DNA from: Gammaproteobacteria bacterium
Lineage (GTDB): Bacteria > Pseudomonadota > Gammaproteobacteria > S012-40
Length of the DNA: 64,000 nt
Reading direction: 5' to 3'
NCBI GenBank assembly: GCA_029884425.1
Contig: JAOUHV010000009.1
Location: forward strand, 1,571 to 65,570
Under the pieces are notes generated by a model. The model worked only from the letters and a program-made list of their open reading frames with translations. It was not told where the DNA came from and searched no databases. Position numbers and translations under genes: made by a program. How positions within the stretch are numbered: the first letter of the stretch is position 1; the number at the start of each line of letters is the position of its first letter. Below are positions 52,373-61,519 of the stretch, piece by piece.

Positions 52373-55357
52373 ATGAGTGAATCCCAGCTTGGCCACGGGG
52401 GCATACAGATCGACCTGACGAACCCCGCCAGTAAAACCCACGACTCCCCCAGCCGCGTATTTCCCATCGCCAACGACAATCCAAAGCAGGTCAAAACACT
52501 GCGCGATTTGTCACTGACCGACATCAGCATCAATGATTTCCAAACCGTCAAATGGTGGCGCGAGCGGCTTTTTCTCGACGAAGGAACACCGGAAATTTGC
52601 GATGAATTGCCGCGCTTGCTCACCGAATTCATGCGCGACCCTGCCAATGATGAACTACCGCCTTACCAAAGACGCGCCGAAGCACTGAACTATATTTTCA
52701 GCAAGAAAACACCACTGGTGCGCAAAACAGATTTATTACCCGGTCAAACCACAACCAGTTTTGTTGGCCCAGTAATTTATGCTGACACCATTGGCTATTG
52801 CATCTGGCCAGAATTAAATACCGTCACTCATCGTGCGCAAAATCCGTTCAAAATAAAACCTGAAGTTGCAGAACGCTTAAACAAAGAAATTTTTCCCTAC
52901 TGGTTGCAACGCCTGCCTGTGCAGGAAGTCGCCCGTTATCGCGCCTATGACACCCAACAATATCGCAACGATGGCCGCGACACCGTGGACGGTGGCCATT
53001 ATCACGGCATTCCATCCATCGACCCGCAATTGAAAAAAGCTGCCGGTGAAACACCGACCTGTCAGGCATTGATGGAACGCGTGTCCTTTTTCCTGTCAGA
53101 CAAAGCCACCTGCGTTTCGCACACCGTGCCGGATTTTGCGCGCGTGCTCAAATACGGTCTGAATGGTTTAATTCAACAAGCCAATAACGATATCGCCAAT
53201 TCCGCACTCAGTGATTCGCAACAACAGTTTTTAAAAGGCGTCGTCTGCGTGTTTGAGGGCGCAAAAAACTATGCGCAACATTTGGCGCAAGCTGCCGCCG
53301 AGGCAGGCAATACCGAACTGAGCGCTATCTGCCAGCGCGTACCGGCACAACCTGCACGCACGCTGCATGAAGCCATCACCAGCATCTGGATTTGCTATCA
53401 CCTGTTGCTACAGGAAAATACCAATTTTGGTTTGTCCATTGGTCGTCTTGATCAACTGCTCAATCCGTATTATCTCAGCGATTGGTCACAACTGGGTTCC
53501 GGCCAGGAACGCGACGCCTATACCAAGCACGCCGTAGAGTTGATGTGTCATTTCTTCCTTCGTTGTTCCGATCACGTTCCGCTATCCACCGAAGGTTCTG
53601 AAACCTTGTTCGCCGGCAGCGGTTCCAATCAGGCGCTGACGGTCGGTGGCACACAGGTGGTCGATGGCAAAGTTGTCGATGCCGTTAACGACATGACCTA
53701 CATCATTCTCAAAGCCACGGAATTGCTGGGCATTCGCGACCCGAATGTTCATGCCCGTTATCACAAAGATGTGCATCATCGCGACGCCAGTGGCAATCCT
53801 CTGCCTGCCGAAGTCCACGATGGTTATCTCAAGCGAATTTGTCAGGTCAATATTCTCACTCGCGCCACACCGGCGCTGCATGGCGATGCCGCCGTGGTTG
53901 ATGCCATGGCCAGCTATTACGCGGCTCATGATGGCGTGAGCGCCGATGAGGCACTGGCTGACGCCCACGATTACGCCTCCATCGGCTGCATTGAGCAAAA
54001 TTCAGCAGGTAAACATTACGGCAACACCGGCTCGACCTTGATGGTTTTACCTGCTGTGCTGGAGCTGGCGATGTTTGGCGGCAAACATCGCAGCGACGGC
54101 ATCGCTGCCAATGATCCGAATTTATTTTACGGCGCGAGCGCCTACACCACACCACCGCTCAGCCGAATGAAAACCATGGAAGAGTTCATCGCTGCTTTTC
54201 GTATCCAGCTGGATGAAATGGCCAGACATGCAGTGCAATGCAACAACTATCTGGGGCGCGCCATGGAAGATGTTCGGCCTTCGCCATTTTTGTCTGGCTT
54301 GTTTGTTGGACCAAGTAATTTACCTGGCGGACAAGGTGCCAAGTTCCGCGACGTTGCCGCTGGTGGGGCAAAATACAATTCCGCCGGGGTTGCCATTATC
54401 GGTCTGGCCGATGTCATCGACTCGTTCTGCATTTTTGATCAATTAGTCTTTGGTAAAAAAATCTCAGTCAGCGAATTGCTGTCCGCAATGAACAGCAACT
54501 TTGGTCAGCAAGCGCCCGCCTCAGCAAAAGAAAGCAGCTGGATTCGACGCATTATCCAGCGCATCGTTGCCTGGTTGCGTTTGTCTGACGAACTGCAAAC
54601 GCTGCCTACGCTCAGCGATGAGCGCATCGCACAAATCAACCAGCTGCTGCGCCGCGCACCCAAATATGGCGCCGGCATTGAACAAACACCGGGCAGTGTT
54701 TACGACAATCATCTTGCGGTGAAATACACGCACCTGCTGACCGAAATGATTCATGATACGTTCTACAAATATCGCACCCATCGCGGTGGCCGCTATCTGG
54801 TCGGCTATTGGAGCATGACCAACCATGCCGGCTTTGGCATGCTAACCAAAGCCACGCCCAATGGCCGCCGCGGTGGTCAATCGTTTGCCAGCGGCATCAC
54901 CCCTTGCCCCAACATTGTCAAAGCCAACGGTGATCCGGTAATGATTTTCGATCACATGCTGTCGGTGGCTGAAGTCCGTCCGCAGACGGTGCAAAATGGC
55001 TACACCTACAACCTCAGTCTGACCACTCGCGATGCTGAACATTTTGACGCCGACACCGAACTGTTTTCGCGCTACATGAAAGCCTTCATGGATCATGACG
55101 GTGTATTGGTGCAGCTGTGCGTATCCTCCATTGAGGATTTGCGCGCAGCCCACAAGGCAGCCAATGACGCCGAAGCCATCGGTGCCACGACTGAAGCCAA
55201 ACAGGCGCTGACACCGTTCAAGGATTTAATGATTCGCGTTGCAGGATACTCTGCCTATTTCGTCACTCTCAGCCCGCAAATGCGGCAGGAGATTATCGAT
55301 CGGGCGAACTTCTCACTCGACACAGGCAAAGAAACACACACCGCTTTCAGCGTTTAG
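52373..55357 (+). CDS. glycyl radical enzyme, PFL2 (glycerol dehydratase/CutC-like) class, unknown substrate
   Basis: About 994 aa. C-terminal glycyl-radical loop IRVAGYSAYFVTLSPQMRQEIIDR (Gly codon 55244-55246). Active-site loop SIGCIEQ (Cys 53987-53989, Glu two residues later), which is the C-x-E arrangement of PFL2-class enzymes rather than the PflB Cys-Cys pair. N-terminal region homologous to PFL2 N-termini (RRAEALNYIFSKKTPLVRKTDLLPGQTT) preceded by a ~100-aa extension. Start at MSESQLGHGG; the ORF track begins 33 codons upstream without a Shine-Dalgarno. Confidence 0.85.
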   Translation: MSESQLGHGGIQIDLTNPASKTHDSPSRVFPIANDNPKQVKTLRDLSLTDISINDFQTVKWWRERLFLDEGTPEICDELPRLLTEFMRDPANDELPPYQRRAEALNYIFSKKTPLVRKTDLLPGQTTTSFVGPVIYADTIGYCIWPELNTVTHRAQNPFKIKPEVAERLNKEIFPYWLQRLPVQEVARYRAYDTQQYRNDGRDTVDGGHYHGIPSIDPQLKKAAGETPTCQALMERVSFFLSDKATCVSHTVPDFARVLKYGLNGLIQQANNDIANSALSDSQQQFLKGVVCVFEGAKNYAQHLAQAAAEAGNTELSAICQRVPAQPARTLHEAITSIWICYHLLLQENTNFGLSIGRLDQLLNPYYLSDWSQLGSGQERDAYTKHAVELMCHFFLRCSDHVPLSTEGSETLFAGSGSNQALTVGGTQVVDGKVVDAVNDMTYIILKATELLGIRDPNVHARYHKDVHHRDASGNPLPAEVHDGYLKRICQVNILTRATPALHGDAAVVDAMASYYAAHDGVSADEALADAHDYASIGCIEQNSAGKHYGNTGSTLMVLPAVLELAMFGGKHRSDGIAANDPNLFYGASAYTTPPLSRMKTMEEFIAAFRIQLDEMARHAVQCNNYLGRAMEDVRPSPFLSGLFVGPSNLPGGQGAKFRDVAAGGAKYNSAGVAIIGLADVIDSFCIFDQLVFGKKISVSELLSAMNSNFGQQAPASAKESSWIRRIIQRIVAWLRLSDELQTLPTLSDERIAQINQLLRRAPKYGAGIEQTPGSVYDNHLAVKYTHLLTEMIHDTFYKYRTHRGGRYLVGYWSMTNHAGFGMLTKATPNGRRGGQSFASGITPCPNIVKANGDPVMIFDHMLSVAEVRPQTVQNGYTYNLSLTTRDAEHFDADTELFSRYMKAFMDHDGVLVQLCVSSIEDLRAAHKAANDAEAIGATTEAKQALTPFKDLMIRVAGYSAYFVTLSPQMRQEIIDRANFSLDTGKETHTAFSV

Positions 55358-55366
55358 GAGAATGAT

Positions 55367-56014
55367 ATGCACGCAGGCTTTCCCAATTACAGTCAACATC
55401 TTCATTCGGTATTAACGCTAGGGCGAAATCACGAAAAAATCCCGCAGATTGTCGAAAAACTGGGCGGCCCCATTGTCGCCAAGGGAGTCGCGGCACTGGT
55501 GGAATTTGGTTTTGTGTTCGTCATGCGCGATGCACTGCTAGATCCGGCGCATCGCAATCGTGCCACGCGTTTTTTTGATGACAATTTCGTCATACGCGAC
55601 CCTTACGTCAAGGGTGGCCAGCGCTACTACAACGGCAAATTTTTGCTGCGCACGAAAAAGCCCGGCGACAACATGAATGTTCACATTGAGTTTTGCAAAA
55701 ACCCTGACGCCTTGTTTTGTGATACGCCATTTGGCAAAACCATCAACCCACTGGAAATTGTCACCACCACAACCCTGACAGAAAATCAGGCCCTGGCCAT
55801 TGAACGCAATCCAGACAAAGTCGATTTGGTCATCGCTTTTAAAGACCTGGCCAGCATCATTAATCTGATTGGCAGGGACGAAGTCGATGTCGTCGGTTTG
55901 TTGCTGGAAAATATGGTACAGCTTACCGGCAATGTAGGTCACCTTTTCAAACTTGGCGCAATCGCATGCGAAGTTGAGCGTTTCATTGGCGTCGCCAATC
56001 AGCCGACTCACTGA
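55367..56014 (+). CDS. hypothetical protein co-operonic with the GRE (215 aa)
   Basis: 9 nt after the GRE stop; its own stop overlaps the activase start (ATGA). No Cys-rich Fe-S motif and no recognisable domain. Confidence 0.5.
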   Translation: MHAGFPNYSQHLHSVLTLGRNHEKIPQIVEKLGGPIVAKGVAALVEFGFVFVMRDALLDPAHRNRATRFFDDNFVIRDPYVKGGQRYYNGKFLLRTKKPGDNMNVHIEFCKNPDALFCDTPFGKTINPLEIVTTTTLTENQALAIERNPDKVDLVIAFKDLASIINLIGRDEVDVVGLLLENMVQLTGNVGHLFKLGAIACEVERFIGVANQPTH

Positions 56015-56904
56015 TGAGCATGCAAACCCAGGCATGGATTTTCGACATCAAACGCGATTGCAGCGAGGACGGACCTGGCATACGCACCACAGTTTTTTTC
56101 AAAGGCTGCCCTCTGCAGTGTCAGTGGTGCCAAAACCCGGAAGGTCTGCCCACACCCCATCATTTTCATCCTATCACCGAGCAATGTGCTGAACTGGACA
56201 ATGGCGAGCTGATTGATCTGCAAACGCTGCTGCATCGCGTGCTGATCGACAAACATTTCTTCATCTCCAGCGGCGGCGGGGTAACGGTCTCTGGCGGCGA
56301 AGCAACCCTACAACATGACTTCCTTCACCATTTTTTAAAACAACTCAAAGCCGAAGGCATACACACCTGCCTGGAAACCAGTGGATTCTTCAACTATCGC
56401 CGTTTCAGTGAACAGTTATTGCCCTATCTGGATCTGATTTATTTTGACGTAAAAATTTTCGACGACACCCTCAGCCGCCAATTCACCAAGCAAGGCAGCT
56501 CCCTTATTTTGCAGAATCTGAAAAACCTCAGCCAACAATCCAAGGTCACCGTCATCCCACGAATTCCATTAATCCCTGGTATCACCACCCGCAAAGACAA
56601 TCTTGTTCGCATTGCACAACACCTGCGCCAATTACATTTTTCCACCGCTGTTTTGCTGCCATACAACCCCCTATGGCAGGACAAGCTGGCCAAACTCAAT
56701 ATGCACAGCGAATATCAGCGAAAAACTTTCATGACTGCGGATGAACTACAGGAGTGCCAGGATATTTTCATTTCTGCACTTAACCAAACTTCACAAGCAA
56801 CCAACGATTATCATGGCGTACAAGGAGATCACAATGAACAATCCTTACCTGAGCAGCCACAATTTCCCCTGCCAAAACGAACAAGAGAGGCAACAACTCA
56901 ATAA
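56014..56904 (+). CDS. glycyl-radical enzyme activating enzyme (radical SAM, PflA-type)
   Basis: 296 aa. GIRTTVFFKGCPLQCQWCQNPE (CX3CX2C radical-SAM cluster), SGGGVTVSGGEATLQ and EGIHTCLETSGF motifs near-identical in pattern to E. coli PflA. No CX2CX2CX3C ferredoxin-like insert. Confidence 0.85.
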   Translation: MSMQTQAWIFDIKRDCSEDGPGIRTTVFFKGCPLQCQWCQNPEGLPTPHHFHPITEQCAELDNGELIDLQTLLHRVLIDKHFFISSGGGVTVSGGEATLQHDFLHHFLKQLKAEGIHTCLETSGFFNYRRFSEQLLPYLDLIYFDVKIFDDTLSRQFTKQGSSLILQNLKNLSQQSKVTVIPRIPLIPGITTRKDNLVRIAQHLRQLHFSTAVLLPYNPLWQDKLAKLNMHSEYQRKTFMTADELQECQDIFISALNQTSQATNDYHGVQGDHNEQSLPEQPQFPLPKRTREATTQ

Positions 56905-59317
56905 CAAGCTGCAAGACATTCTCGCGCGTGATGGCCAGGAAAATCCGTTTGCCATGTTCGCCAACTATCAGCGCATCCTTGCTGACAACAACAAAAAAGA
57001 TCAATGGCCCGCCGTTCACAACACCTTGCGCACCTTATTTGAATGCGGCTCTGCTGTTGCCATCGACGGCCCAATGATAGGCATTCCAGTTTCCATTCGT
57101 GACAGCGATTTTTTCCGCGAGCTTGCTCAACAATTCGGCCAACAACGTTCCGCCATCGCCGGACTGGAAGTCATGGCCAGCGCATGGAATGCCACGTTTG
57201 CTGATACGGGCTTGTGGATGGGAAAAACCTTTGAGCCATTGTCTCGCGAACAGGTCCGGGGAATTTGTAATGATGACTCCGTCACCATGGAGACTTATGA
57301 CGCCAGCAAAACACGCATAGGTCGAAATTTTTTCCGCCCACCGGGCAATCCCAATTTAGTTCAAGGCATCGGCCTTCCCGGCCTGCACCGACTATGGCGA
57401 CTGCAGGATAGACCGACCTCCCCCGGCGACCCACGATTCATGGGTGAGATCTTGCCCAAGAATCTGGAAAAAGAGAAAACCATACCTTACACCGAAACCG
57501 GCGGTATTTTTTTGGCTGACATGGGCCAATCAGTTGTGCCGGAAATGCGCAATAAAAAAGTCTATCAGCTCAATTATCGCTGGGATAGCTTGCAGCCCAC
57601 CTACCCGATGACATGTTTGATCGATGAGCTGGTACAAGTCGCCGACGGCATTTATCTAGGTCAACTGGTTTTTGCCACACAACACTTCAACGTAGGCCAG
57701 CTCGACATCTCGTTTTTGGAGCACCACACACCACTCACCCTTGGCGAAAAATATCAACCGCGCAAGCCCGCCAGCTGGTGGCAACGTTTCCTTGATTTTT
57801 TGCTACGTCGCAACAGTGGAAAATTTGTTGATTACGGCTACCAGAACAACGGCTTTTTCTTGATGATGGACCCGGCCTATGCCTCGCAGGTTTATGCCGA
57901 CGATGCGTTTCCACAACTGCGTCCACGTCCCGGTGAAGCAGGCTTCCGCGAGCTGGGCTACGACAAACTCGCCAACGTTGAGGATACGCCTCGCGCACTG
58001 GATGAATGGAAAGACGGCTGGAAGAAGCATGCGGATTTGCGCGCAAAATTCACCACCATGACTCTGGAAACATCGCCCGTGGCCGGCGACAACGCTATCG
58101 TATCGACCCTGCTTCAACCTGACGAAAGCATTTTGCAGATGCTGCAGCGCATCAGCCAGCGCATCTCATCACAAACATCCCACTTCGACAGACTTGAGGA
58201 ATTTGAAAGCCTCAATCGCTTGTTCCGTTGCGGCATCGCACCCACGGTTGTCAACGGCGTATTTCAAAGTGCGTCAGAGAAAAACTATCACGTCCGACTC
58301 AACAGCCAAAACAGTTACGACTGGTATGGTGAGCGCAACCGCATTCAGGGGTTTGACTATTATCACGGCGCCACGCTCAGTTTGCATGGTGGCTTTGGCG
58401 ATAATCTGCGGACGGGGGCATTTGATGACCAGTGGCTGCTGCCCAACACGCTCGCGGCCATGTTGCGCGAGGACAAACTCTATGATCCCAATGTGCTCGA
58501 TATGGTATGGCGCGCCATAGGCAAATATATTTTCCCTTGGGGCGGAAAATCCTTTGAGAAAATTCCGCCGCGCACCCTCAGTATGCTGCTGGACGAAAGT
58601 GATGATCTTGCACAGCGCTATCCCGAACGTGTCGAGCAATTAAAAAATCATCTGGCCAGCGCGCCGCATTATCAACTGACCAAATTTAATGCCCAGCACC
58701 ATTGGGAACCTGGAAAGTATGCTGCGCACTTGTCACATGGCAGCTGGGACAATGGCATGACCGAGCAGGACAAAGCATTCTGGCAGGATCAGGCAGATAA
58801 TCATTGGGTACAGGGATATAACTTGCAGGACAAACGCATTCTCAGCGCCGATGCATTCATGCGCATCGTTGACATGAACTACCGCGTTCCCGATCCGTTG
58901 CTGCAAGCCTACGCAGCGCAAGGACCGTCACCATTCGTACGTCAGGGTTACATGTTCCTGGGCGTTGCCGATCAAACCTCCATTTTGCCAATGAATCATG
59001 GCAACGAGCAGCGCAAGCAAGTGTTCCAGTTCCACTATCGCTATCCCATGATTGGCGGCCCGGCACCGATTGGTTTTTGTCTGGATGAGTTAGTGCAACT
59101 TGCTGACGGTTTGTTTTTGGGGCAGCTGATTTATGCCACACGCTTAACTGAACCGTTCCACTCCTCCGTGCCAGCAGAAAAATATGCCTATCAGTTGTTC
59201 GGTTATTTTCTGCTGCTGGACAACGACTGGGAATCACATCGCCAGGCCATTGGTCTGGATGTGCTGGACGCCAAGCCACAAACGGTTGTCGAACAACTGG
59301 TGGATCTGGTCAGCTAA
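56834..59317 (+). CDS. large uncharacterised protein with internal tandem duplication, last gene of the GRE operon
   Basis: About 827 aa from the ATG at 56834 (AAGGAG Shine-Dalgarno 6 nt upstream), which overlaps the activase 3' end by 71 nt. Alternative starts are 56741 and 56954. Two homologous halves (YQLNYRWDSLQPTYPMTCLIDELVQVADGIYLGQLVFAT..GYQNNGFFLMMD vs FQFHYRYPMIGGPAPIGFCLDELVQLADGLFLGQLIYAT..AYQLFGYFLLLD). No known domain recognised. Confidence 0.55.
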   Translation: MNNPYLSSHNFPCQNEQERQQLNNKLQDILARDGQENPFAMFANYQRILADNNKKDQWPAVHNTLRTLFECGSAVAIDGPMIGIPVSIRDSDFFRELAQQFGQQRSAIAGLEVMASAWNATFADTGLWMGKTFEPLSREQVRGICNDDSVTMETYDASKTRIGRNFFRPPGNPNLVQGIGLPGLHRLWRLQDRPTSPGDPRFMGEILPKNLEKEKTIPYTETGGIFLADMGQSVVPEMRNKKVYQLNYRWDSLQPTYPMTCLIDELVQVADGIYLGQLVFATQHFNVGQLDISFLEHHTPLTLGEKYQPRKPASWWQRFLDFLLRRNSGKFVDYGYQNNGFFLMMDPAYASQVYADDAFPQLRPRPGEAGFRELGYDKLANVEDTPRALDEWKDGWKKHADLRAKFTTMTLETSPVAGDNAIVSTLLQPDESILQMLQRISQRISSQTSHFDRLEEFESLNRLFRCGIAPTVVNGVFQSASEKNYHVRLNSQNSYDWYGERNRIQGFDYYHGATLSLHGGFGDNLRTGAFDDQWLLPNTLAAMLREDKLYDPNVLDMVWRAIGKYIFPWGGKSFEKIPPRTLSMLLDESDDLAQRYPERVEQLKNHLASAPHYQLTKFNAQHHWEPGKYAAHLSHGSWDNGMTEQDKAFWQDQADNHWVQGYNLQDKRILSADAFMRIVDMNYRVPDPLLQAYAAQGPSPFVRQGYMFLGVADQTSILPMNHGNEQRKQVFQFHYRYPMIGGPAPIGFCLDELVQLADGLFLGQLIYATRLTEPFHSSVPAEKYAYQLFGYFLLLDNDWESHRQAIGLDVLDAKPQTVVEQLVDLVS

Positions 59318-59349
59318 AAAAAGGGGCCCGAAAGGGCCCCTGTCTTTTT
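59316..59349. terminator. bidirectional intrinsic terminator ending the GRE operon
   Basis: A7-GGGGCCC-gaaa-GGGCCCC-tgtcTTTTT immediately after the stop at 59317. Confidence 0.8.
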
Positions 59350-59365
59350 CATCATTGCTCGAACG

Positions 59366-60553
59366 TTATGCGATAGATGCGTAAACTTCACGCGCCGCTT
59401 CCAGCGCGACACCACGCTTGATTGCTGCTTTTTGTTCTACCAGTGCAGCTTCCAGCGCACTCAGGCAGAGGAAAATGTTGTTGATGTTCGCACTTTGTCC
59501 CATCAAACCAATCCGCCACACCTTGCCTGCCAAATCGCCCAAACCGCCGCCAATTTCCAGATTGAAATTTTTCAGCAGATACGCGCGCACTGCGGCTTCG
59601 TCGACACCGTCAGGCACGGTCACAGCATTCAACTGCGGCAGACGTGCTTTTTCATCAACAATAAAGCGCATGCCCATTGCTTCCAGACCAGCCTTCAGCA
59701 CATTGTGCATGTTGCGGTGACGCGCCCAGGAATTTTCCAAACCCTCTTCCTGCAGCATCACCAAGGATTCGTGCAATGCGTACAGCGGATTAATCGGTGC
59801 GGTGTGGTGGTAAGCGCGCTTCACGCCCTGCCCCCAATAGCCCATCACCAAGGTCAAATCCAAAAACCAGCTTTGCACGGGCGTTTTGCGCGCCTTGATT
59901 TTTTCTACCGCCGCTGGACTCAAGCTCACTGGCGACAAACCAGGTGTGCATGACAAACATTTTTGCGTGCCCGAGTAGACCGCATCCACGCCCCACTCGT
60001 CGACTTTGATCGGCGTTCCGCCCAGCGAGGTGACCGCATCCACAATGGTCAAACAGCCGTGGTCATGTGCAATTTTGCACAAGGTCGCAACATCGGACTG
60101 CGCGCCAGTTGACGTTTCAGCGTGAACAAATGCAACCAGTTTGGCCTGAGGGTTGGCCTTGAGTGCCTCTTGCAGTTTCTGCGGATCAACCGCTTCTCCC
60201 CATTTATCCTGCACCATCACCGCGTTGCCACCGGCGCGGATGACATTTTCTTTCATCCGTCCGCCAAACACGCCGTTCTGGCAAACGATAACGGTATCAC
60301 CAGGCTCCACCAGATTCACAAAACAGGTTTCCATCCCAGCCGATCCCGGTGCGGACACTGCAACGGTCAGTTCGTTTTTGGTCTGAAAGGCGTACTGCAA
60401 CATCGCCTTGACCTCATCCATCATGCTGACAAACACGGGGTCCAGATGACCAATGGTCGGGCGCGCCATAGCGCTCAGAACGCGTGGATGAACATCAGAA
60501 GGACCTGGGCCCATCAAGGTACGCAAAGGCGGGATAAAACTTTTTGTGCTCAT
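59366..60553 (-). CDS. class V aminotransferase of the serine-pyruvate/alanine-glyoxylate (AGXT) family
   Basis: 395 aa. LMGPGPS N-terminal motif, PLP-lysine region SGTQKCL, collinear with SPT/AGT enzymes. Not a cysteine desulfurase. Confidence 0.75.
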   Translation of the reverse strand: MSTKSFIPPLRTLMGPGPSDVHPRVLSAMARPTIGHLDPVFVSMMDEVKAMLQYAFQTKNELTVAVSAPGSAGMETCFVNLVEPGDTVIVCQNGVFGGRMKENVIRAGGNAVMVQDKWGEAVDPQKLQEALKANPQAKLVAFVHAETSTGAQSDVATLCKIAHDHGCLTIVDAVTSLGGTPIKVDEWGVDAVYSGTQKCLSCTPGLSPVSLSPAAVEKIKARKTPVQSWFLDLTLVMGYWGQGVKRAYHHTAPINPLYALHESLVMLQEEGLENSWARHRNMHNVLKAGLEAMGMRFIVDEKARLPQLNAVTVPDGVDEAAVRAYLLKNFNLEIGGGLGDLAGKVWRIGLMGQSANINNIFLCLSALEAALVEQKAAIKRGVALEAAREVYASIA

Positions 60554-60662
60554 GTAATTATCTTTCTATGGTGGCCAAATACCTACGAGTTTACTCTACT
60601 AATGATCACCCGCAAAGTCAGTTTGGATAAAAATCCAGCACATTATCATCAATCAGCACCGA

Positions 60663-61436
60663 CTATTCTCCGGCGTTTTGGCCGCGTATCGCTGCCAGAT
60701 GGACAGGAGCATCCACCTGCCACTGGCGCTTCAACATCGCCGCCGGCGTTTCCAGTTGCCGCAGATCCGGTCGCTTGTCAAAAGCAAACACCAAGGCATT
60801 TCCATTTTGCTTGTCCAGCACATAGCGTAGCGTTTGTTTTCTGAATACCGCCTGGAACTCGCGATAGCGCTGACGAAAATCATCAATCTGCCGGTTCCAC
60901 AAATTGGCACACAGCACGCCGCCGGGACGCAACTGCTGACGACAGTTCTGCAAAAAATCCCACTGCAAAAATTCATTCACCGGCCCCTGCCGATCATAGA
61001 CATCCAGCAGGATCAAATCGTAGCCTGTGGCATCCAGTCGGCGCACAAACTCCAGTCCGTCCTGACAATGAATTTGCAACCGGGGATGATCTTCGGGCAC
61101 GCCAAAATAGCCATGCGCCAAGCGTATTACCGACTGTCGCAATTCGACCGCATCGATTGTGGCCTGCGGACAGGCGTTGAGCAGAAATTTCGCCAGCGAT
61201 CCACCACCCAGCCCGAGCAACAAAATTCGCTGCGGCCGGGAATTGAACAGCACGCTGATGGCCATGGCCTGGGTATAACGCAGCACCAACATATCGGGTT
61301 GCTGCAGCAATAAACTGGACTGTTTGCTGATTGAGCCAAAATACAAATGACGATAAATCTCGGTATCCGTGACCACCAGGTCACCGTACGCGTCACGACT
61401 TTGATGAATGATATGTTCGCCGGGGCTTAGCTGCAT
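60663..61436 (-). CDS. spermidine-synthase-like (polyamine aminopropyltransferase fold) protein
   Basis: 257 aa. LLLGLGGGSLAKF glycine-rich SAM/dcSAM-binding loop, VELRQSVI and DLILLDVYD motifs. Confidence 0.65.
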   Translation of the reverse strand: MQLSPGEHIIHQSRDAYGDLVVTDTEIYRHLYFGSISKQSSLLLQQPDMLVLRYTQAMAISVLFNSRPQRILLLGLGGGSLAKFLLNACPQATIDAVELRQSVIRLAHGYFGVPEDHPRLQIHCQDGLEFVRRLDATGYDLILLDVYDRQGPVNEFLQWDFLQNCRQQLRPGGVLCANLWNRQIDDFRQRYREFQAVFRKQTLRYVLDKQNGNALVFAFDKRPDLRQLETPAAMLKRQWQVDAPVHLAAIRGQNAGE

Positions 61437-61519
61437 AAGCCTGATACTAACAAAACGCAGCTATGGGCAGATAAAATTTGCGAGATTACAGCGCACGCCG
61501 GACGGCGTGCGCCAGCAAT

